Of a DNA stretch of 64,000 bases, positions 55,822 through 64,000 are shown piece after piece (within the stretch, counting starts at the first letter, position 1; every line of letters begins with the position of its first letter). The notes beneath the pieces were generated by a model that was given only the letters and a program-made list of their open reading frames with translations, was not told the origin of the DNA and did not search any database. Source of the stretch: Methanobacterium sp. GTDB taxonomy: Archaea > Methanobacteriota > Methanobacteria > Methanobacteriales > Methanobacteriaceae. The DNA is taken from the NCBI GenBank assembly GCA_020855015.1, contig JAHKLP010000019.1:33246-97245 (forward strand), read 5' to 3'. Both the position numbers and the translations under genes were made by a program.

Positions 55822-57066
55822 ATGAATATCACTGAAAAAATACTCGCAAATGCTTCCGGAGTAAAAGAAGTCCGTTCAGGAGAGATAATCGAGGCCAGGG
55901 TGGATCTGGCCATGTCCCATGATGGTACCTCAACCCCCACCATCAAAACTTTCAATAAAATCTCCCAAGATGTGTGGGATCCAGATAAAATCGTCATTGT
56001 ATTCGATCACAATGTACCGGCAAATATTATTGGCTCGGCAGAATTTCAGAGAATTACCCGTGATTTTGCTAAAAAACATGGAATCAGAAATATTTACACA
56101 CATGGAGAAGGGATATGCCACCAAGTACTTCCAGAAGAAGGATTTGTTAAGCCCGGCACTGTTATAGTAGGTGCTGATTCTCACACATGCACATACGGTG
56201 CTTTTGGAGCTTTCGCCACAGGTATGGGTGCTACAGATATGGCAATGGTTTTTGCAACTGGTAAAACATGGTTCATGGTTCCTGAAGCCTTTAAAATCGA
56301 AGTTGAAGGAACATTAAGGGAATATGTTACAGCAAAAGATCTTATACTCCATATTATTGGTAGCATAGGATCGTATGGAGCTACCTACAAAACTTTGGAA
56401 TTTTGCGGGAACACAATCCAGGATATGGATGTAGCTGGTAGGCTGACTATTTGCAACATGGCAGTGGAATCTGGGGCAAAAAACGGAATAATGGAACCTA
56501 ATACTGTCACTTTGAAATATTTAAAAGAGCGTAATGTTCGTAACTTCCAAACATTCATCTCAGACGAGGATTCCATATACGAAGAATCTCATTATTTTCA
56601 GGTGGATGATCTACAACCCCAAATAGCATGTCCTCATAATGTGGATAATGTTTTTCCTGTTTCCCATGTTTCTGGGGAAACCATTGACCAGGCATTTATT
56701 GGCTCATGTACCAATGGAAGATTGGAAGATCTACGCCAAGCCGCCCTTGTGTTGAATAAATCAAAAGTTCATCCAGATGTAAGACTCATCGTGTCACCTG
56801 CCTCTCGAAATATCTATAAAGAGGCAATCAGTGAAGGAATCATAGACACATTCCTTGATGCCGGAGCAATAGTTATCAATCCCGGGTGCGGACCCTGTTT
56901 AGGAGCCCATATGGGAGCTTTAACTTCAGGAGAGGTGTGCATATCAACCACCAATCGTAACTTTGTGGGCAGAATGGGAGACCCTCAATCGGAAGTGTAT
57001 CTGGCCAATCCAGCAGTAGTGGCATACTCTGCGATTCACGGTGAAATAAGAGACCCCAGTGAATAA
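55822..57066 (+). CDS. hacA: Homoaconitase large subunit (AksD/HacA; LeuC family)
   Basis: HDGT, DH, GICHQ, GADSHT, GSCTNGR, CGPC-x-G and TNRNF-x-GR motifs; adjacent to aksA. Confidence 0.82.
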   Translation: MNITEKILANASGVKEVRSGEIIEARVDLAMSHDGTSTPTIKTFNKISQDVWDPDKIVIVFDHNVPANIIGSAEFQRITRDFAKKHGIRNIYTHGEGICHQVLPEEGFVKPGTVIVGADSHTCTYGAFGAFATGMGATDMAMVFATGKTWFMVPEAFKIEVEGTLREYVTAKDLILHIIGSIGSYGATYKTLEFCGNTIQDMDVAGRLTICNMAVESGAKNGIMEPNTVTLKYLKERNVRNFQTFISDEDSIYEESHYFQVDDLQPQIACPHNVDNVFPVSHVSGETIDQAFIGSCTNGRLEDLRQAALVLNKSKVHPDVRLIVSPASRNIYKEAISEGIIDTFLDAGAIVINPGCGPCLGAHMGALTSGEVCISTTNRNFVGRMGDPQSEVYLANPAVVAYSAIHGEIRDPSE

Positions 57067-57068
57067 AA

Positions 57069-57602
57069 ATGGACCATAAAATCTATGAAGGAATAAAAGA
57101 TATTGAGAAACAATTAGGGAATCTTTCCAGTGCTCAGAAGATACTTCTGGCCACTGACGGCTCCGTTACCACCATCCTGGATGTGCTTAAGGGCCATGTG
57201 AATATCAGGACCCTGGTGCAGGAATTCAGGGAAGCAGATGAGGAAACTGCCTCTCTACTGGATATTAATGAAGGAGACACCATTAATTATAGGGTGGTGG
57301 TTATCGAAGGAGAAGAACCTCTGATCTATGCCATCTCCATAATACCTGTGGATAGATTGAAAAAAGATTTTAAAGAAGATCTTATCCGAGCAGACATTCC
57401 TATTGGCCGCATACTTCGTAAACATGATATTGAGTCCCGTAGAGAGATAAAATCAGTCTCTGCAGATGAATCAACCCCTGAAATGTTTGAAATCTTCAAA
57501 TCCAATAGTCCAATGCTCAGCAGGACTTATAATATAATACACAAAAACAAGATTTTAATCTGGTTAATGGAAACATTCCCTTACAGTCTGTTCCAAGATT
57601 AA
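57069..57602 (+). CDS. Chorismate-lyase-like (DUF98/UbiC-fold) protein
   Basis: LL-x-TDGSVT, PIGRI, E-x-RRE and R-x-Y..E-x-FP motifs. Confidence 0.8.
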   Translation: MDHKIYEGIKDIEKQLGNLSSAQKILLATDGSVTTILDVLKGHVNIRTLVQEFREADEETASLLDINEGDTINYRVVVIEGEEPLIYAISIIPVDRLKKDFKEDLIRADIPIGRILRKHDIESRREIKSVSADESTPEMFEIFKSNSPMLSRTYNIIHKNKILIWLMETFPYSLFQD

Positions 57603-57653
57603 CCATATGATATCTTTATAATATTCAAATAAGTTAATAGGCGGCGCATATTC

Positions 57654-58640
57654 ATGGGTGTGAAATTTAAAGACATTATGTCTCCAGAAGAGATCCAATT
57701 CGATGATTTGGATGGTAAAGTGGTGGCTATTGATGCGGCTAATGTTATTTATCAGTTTCTTTCCAGCATCCGCCAGTACGATGGCACTCCACTCAAAGAC
57801 CAAAATGGAAGAATAACTTCCCATTTTAGTGGAATCCTCTATCGAACCTCGTCACTAATAGAAAAAGGAATCAAACCAGTTTATGTTTTTGATGGGAAAT
57901 CAAGTGCACTTAAAAAAGAGACTCAGGAAAAACGGAAGGAAATTAAAGACGAGTCAGAGAAAAAATGGAAGGAAGCCCTTGACGAAGGTCGAGTTGAAGA
58001 TGCACGTAAATTTGCAGTCAGATCATCCCGCATGTCCCCAGAAATAGTTGAAGGATCCAAAAAACTTATTAAACTCATGGGGATCCCCTATGTTCAAGCC
58101 AGAGGCGAAGGAGAAGCTCAAGCATCATATATGGTGTCTCTTGGTGATGCATGGTGTGTTGCCTCACAGGATTATGATTGCATGCTCTTCGGAGCTCCTC
58201 GAATGGTGAAAAACCTCACTATCAGTGGAAGTCAGAACAACCCTGAACTCATTGAACTGGAAAAAGTTCTGAACAACCTTGATATAACCCGTGAACAGCT
58301 GGTGGACATGGCAATAATGGTGGGTACGGATTTCAACAAGGGAATTAAAGGTATTGGGGCTAAAAAGGGTTTAAAACTAATCAAAGAATATGGTGACATA
58401 TACCATGTCCTGGAAAGTCTGGATATCAAGTTGGATGTGGATGCCCAGATTCTGCGTGAAATGTTCCTAAACCATGATGTTGATTCAAACTATCAGTTAA
58501 AATGGGAAAAAGCAGATAAGCAAGGTATTATTGATTTTCTTTGTGGAGAACACGATTTTTCTGAGGATAGGGTTCTGAGTGCTGTTGATAAACTCAAAAA
58601 ACTGGAAAGTACCCAGAGTAGTTTGGAAAAGTGGTTTTAA
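57654..58640 (+). CDS. fen: Flap endonuclease 1
   Basis: MGV, AIDA-x-N-x-x-YQFL, EGEAQA, SQDYD and GTDFN motifs; C-terminal PIP box QSSLEKWF. Confidence 0.97.
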   Translation: MGVKFKDIMSPEEIQFDDLDGKVVAIDAANVIYQFLSSIRQYDGTPLKDQNGRITSHFSGILYRTSSLIEKGIKPVYVFDGKSSALKKETQEKRKEIKDESEKKWKEALDEGRVEDARKFAVRSSRMSPEIVEGSKKLIKLMGIPYVQARGEGEAQASYMVSLGDAWCVASQDYDCMLFGAPRMVKNLTISGSQNNPELIELEKVLNNLDITREQLVDMAIMVGTDFNKGIKGIGAKKGLKLIKEYGDIYHVLESLDIKLDVDAQILREMFLNHDVDSNYQLKWEKADKQGIIDFLCGEHDFSEDRVLSAVDKLKKLESTQSSLEKWF

Positions 58641-58703
58641 AAAAAATCCAAATTGAATGGATGAAATGATAATAAAAAAATTAGAGTTTAGAGGTAATGG
58701 TAT

Positions 58704-59312
58704 TTAGAAGGGAGGATAATTTCCAAAAAATTCCTTGGCATACTTTATTGCTGTTTGGAGTTGACTGGGATATAGTTCTTTTATAGTTTTTTCAAGTTCT
58801 TCACGACTTCTAGAAGCTGCGAAAATCCTTAATACATCCAAATAAACATTCAAACTATCCTGATCAGGAATACATGGCATTTCAAGAGTAATACAGACAT
58901 CCTCTTTTCTGAAAATATTGGTCCTGATAGAAGGAGACGCAGATCCGATCAAAACGCCCTTTTCAAGCTCAATTAGTGGAGGGACTCCGGCCTTACTCAT
59001 TCGATGAAGCGAAGTAAGTTTTGAGAAATTTTTTTTATTATAACAGTGGGCTTCAACATAAAAAGTTGGCTTATAATAACTAATAAGAGAAAGAACTTCT
59101 TTTCCCACTTCAGATTGATAATAAAGAGGATCTAAGGTGCTTAAGTAAGGACTTTCATCACAATTATGGATTACAAGTTTGCCCTGAGATACATCCTCAT
59201 CTCTGATCTGTTTGAGGGCTTCTATGGTGCTTGAGCCTTCTTTTCCATGCACACCTCCAATGAAAAGTCTGTTAACTCCATTTCCCTTATCAATGATCTT
59301 AAAGTAAGCCAA
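58704..59312 (-). CDS. DUF2119 family protein (paralogue 2)
   Basis: LFIGGVHGKEG, YLSTLDP-x-YY, EAHCY and VPPLIELE-x-GVL-x-GS motifs. Confidence 0.8.
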   Translation of the reverse strand: MAYFKIIDKGNGVNRLFIGGVHGKEGSSTIEALKQIRDEDVSQGKLVIHNCDESPYLSTLDPLYYQSEVGKEVLSLISYYKPTFYVEAHCYNKKNFSKLTSLHRMSKAGVPPLIELEKGVLIGSASPSIRTNIFRKEDVCITLEMPCIPDQDSLNVYLDVLRIFAASRSREELEKTIKELYPSQLQTAIKYAKEFFGNYPPF

Positions 59313-59353
59313 GAAATCACCTTATAGTTAATATTCAATATTTTGGTTTGTTT

Positions 59354-60145
59354 TTAATCAACATGATTTTGGAGATTGTATTCACGCCAAACCATTAAAG
59401 CCTGTCCTAATTGTTTTAATTGTGCTGAGTTAAGATTAAACCTCTCTTCTCGAATTATGCCAGTTATTAGTCCATCAAGATCTTGAAAAGTCTTCAGTTC
59501 AATGTTCGCGACATTCTTTTTAGTTTCCTGAAATGCTGGCCAGAAATTTTGGGAGAAATCTGTGAAATATTCATTTAACAGTTGAATTTGTTCGGGATAA
59601 ATCCTTCTGATTTCTTCCATTATCTCACGGCGATCAGTGGACCGTGCAACTATTTTCATGATATTATTAGAAACTTTCAGCGATTCAGCAGAAGGATCAC
59701 AAGGCATCTCGAGAATAAATGGGAAATCATTGAGATCAAAAAATACAGAACGAATCAGGGGAGAAGTAGAGCCTATCATTACCCCCTCTTCTAGTTCCAC
59801 GAGCCCAGGAACTCCAAAAAGATCCTTTCGATCCTTATTGATGAGTTTATTTTTCTTGTCAGGATGATAGCAGTGCAGTTCCAAGTATATTTTAGGTTGA
59901 TATTTCTTGATGAGTTCAATTACTTTCATACCTGCAAGGGACAGATAATAAAGAGGATCTAGTGTGCTGAGGTAAGGGCTAGGGGTTAAGTTACATATAA
60001 CCAATTTTCCTTCCTTAATATCAATGTCTTCAACGCTTTTTATTGCATGAATGGTGCTTAAACCCTCTTTACCATGCAACCCCCCAATAAACAGACGGGA
60101 AGGGTATTCTCCCTTACCTATCCTCTTAAATAAATTTATTTCCAT
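59354..60145 (-). CDS. DUF2119 family protein (paralogue 1, C-terminally extended)
   Basis: LFIGGLHGKEG, YLSTLDPLYY, ELHCY and VPGLVELEEGV motifs. Confidence 0.8.
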   Translation of the reverse strand: MEINLFKRIGKGEYPSRLFIGGLHGKEGLSTIHAIKSVEDIDIKEGKLVICNLTPSPYLSTLDPLYYLSLAGMKVIELIKKYQPKIYLELHCYHPDKKNKLINKDRKDLFGVPGLVELEEGVMIGSTSPLIRSVFFDLNDFPFILEMPCDPSAESLKVSNNIMKIVARSTDRREIMEEIRRIYPEQIQLLNEYFTDFSQNFWPAFQETKKNVANIELKTFQDLDGLITGIIREERFNLNSAQLKQLGQALMVWREYNLQNHVD

Positions 60146-60160
60146 TTTTAAAGTCCCATA

Positions 60161-61414
60161 TCAGGTTCCTTCCTCCCATCCTTCCAGATATTCTTTCTGC
60201 CGATCGCTAAGATCATCAATTTCAATGTCCATTGCTTCTAGTTTCAGTCTGGCTACATGCATATCTGCTTCATCAGGGGTTTTATGAACTCCAATTTCCA
60301 TCTGAGTTTCTGCTAGTTGTTGGGCAGATAATGCTTGCATGGCAAAGCTTAGATCCATTATCTCAGCGGGGTGTCCCTGTCCCCTTTCACCAGCGAGGTT
60401 AACTAACCTTCCTTCTGCTAGGAGGTATACTTTCCTGCCATCACTCATTACAAACTCTTCGATGTCTGGTTTAACTTTCTCCTGACTCACTGCCATCTGG
60501 TCCAGGTCTTCACGGTTTATTTCCACGTTGAAATGACCTGAGTTGGCCATTATGCAGCCATTCTTCATCACTTTGAAATCGTCACTTGAAACAATGTCAA
60601 TGTTACCCGTGGCTGTTATTAGAATATCTGCATGTTTAACAGCTTCCCTAACTGTCATCACCCTGTAACCATCCATACGAGCTTCTAATGCCCTTATTGG
60701 ATCTATCTCGGTGACTATGACATTAGCGCCCAGGCCATTGGCACGCATTGCTATTCCTCTACCGCACCAACCATAACCACAAACCACTACGTTTTTACCG
60801 GCAATCAGAATGTTGGTGGAACCCATTATGGAGTCAAATGTTGATTGGCCAGTACCATAACGATTATCAAAGAGATATTTTGTGTATGCATCATTAACTG
60901 CTATCACAGGGAACTCAAGAGCCCCATCAGCATGCATGGACTTTAAACGGTGAATACCTGTGGTGGTTTCCTCGCATGCACCTCTTATTTTTTCCAATGC
61001 ATCCCTACGCTCTTTGTGGAGTAGAAATATCATGTCGGCCCCGTCATCTATGATTATGTCCGGCTCATGGTCAAGGACCATGTTGATGGTCTCGTAATAT
61101 TCCTCATTGGTTTGTTCTCTCCAACCGTACATGTTAAGACCTAAACTGGCTCCAGCAGCAGTTGCATCGTCCTGCGTTGAGAGTGGGTTGCAACCAGTCA
61201 TTGCCACTTCAGCCCCTCCGGCCTGAAGTGTTAGGCCCAAATTGATAGTTTTGGGCTCCAAGTGCAGACAAGACCCAATGGTGATTCCCTCAAAGGGTTT
61301 TTCCTTCATGAAACGTTTTTTAATGGTTTCCAGAACTGGCATGTGTTTCTGAACCCATTCAATCTTTTTTATACCCTGAGGGGCTAATTCTATGTCTTTT
61401 ACTTTATAAGGCAT
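60161..61414 (-). CDS. ahcY: Adenosylhomocysteinase / S-inosyl-L-homocysteine hydrolase
   Basis: CLH, CNPLSTQD, EETTTG, K-x-x-FDNRYGTG, GYGWCG and EGRLVNL motifs. Confidence 0.96.
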   Translation of the reverse strand: MPYKVKDIELAPQGIKKIEWVQKHMPVLETIKKRFMKEKPFEGITIGSCLHLEPKTINLGLTLQAGGAEVAMTGCNPLSTQDDATAAGASLGLNMYGWREQTNEEYYETINMVLDHEPDIIIDDGADMIFLLHKERRDALEKIRGACEETTTGIHRLKSMHADGALEFPVIAVNDAYTKYLFDNRYGTGQSTFDSIMGSTNILIAGKNVVVCGYGWCGRGIAMRANGLGANVIVTEIDPIRALEARMDGYRVMTVREAVKHADILITATGNIDIVSSDDFKVMKNGCIMANSGHFNVEINREDLDQMAVSQEKVKPDIEEFVMSDGRKVYLLAEGRLVNLAGERGQGHPAEIMDLSFAMQALSAQQLAETQMEIGVHKTPDEADMHVARLKLEAMDIEIDDLSDRQKEYLEGWEEGT

Positions 61415-61641
61415 TTTATCACGTTACAACATTATTATAAATAGGATATGAAAGTGTAGAATTATAATTAGTTAATCTTATTTAATTATATTCTTTCTTT
61501 TTGTAGGGTCAAATGGTTAATTCGTTAAAAAAAATCCTTGAGGGGAATATGGCTGGAAAATAAAAAAAAGGAGAAAATTCCATAAAATATCGGAATCTTC
61601 TCCTTAGGGGTTTCTAGCATATAGGGGTTTTTTTATCTTTT

Positions 61642-63840
<2,199 letters not shown>

Positions 63841-64000
63841 AATAAATCCCCCTATAAATTCTTTTTATATCTTAAACAAAGTGATCACTGCATAAAAAAC
63901 AAATATAAAACATTTTTGTATTTAGTAAACTTATGTTACTTTAACATTGTATGTTTTAGTATATAAAGGTTACTATAAGATTAATGATATGAAATCCTTA

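Overview
Gene-dense, AT-rich window from an archaeal chromosome, most likely a Methanobacteriales methanogen (Methanobacterium-like). It carries TBP, aIF-1A, L37e, Lsm, topoisomerase VI, SepCysS, CfbC, CimA, AksA/AksD, type II GAPDH and TATA-box promoters. Most content is core housekeeping: the aIF-1A/Rio1/KH/top6BA cluster, nurA-herA-mre11-rad50, FEN1, Nre, CDC48, purF, nucleotide-sugar genes and one tRNA-Leu(GAG). I see no CRISPR array, transposase, integrase or intein. The best leads are not in the ORF track: (1) a 29-aa Lys/Arg-rich micro-ORF divergent from the aIF-1A/Rio1/KH ribosome-biogenesis cluster; (2) two GC-rich, hairpin-forming intergenic islands downstream of TATA boxes, one also reading as a leaderless 30-aa Cys-rich ORF; (3) a 48-nt perfect repeat between the D1 and D2 Walker A regions of cdc48; (4) a decayed MarR+MFS pseudogene pair; (5) tandem DUF2119 paralogues with M14/AstE-like Zn-hydrolase motifs behind ahcY. 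All family calls come from motif recognition and memory, not database searches.
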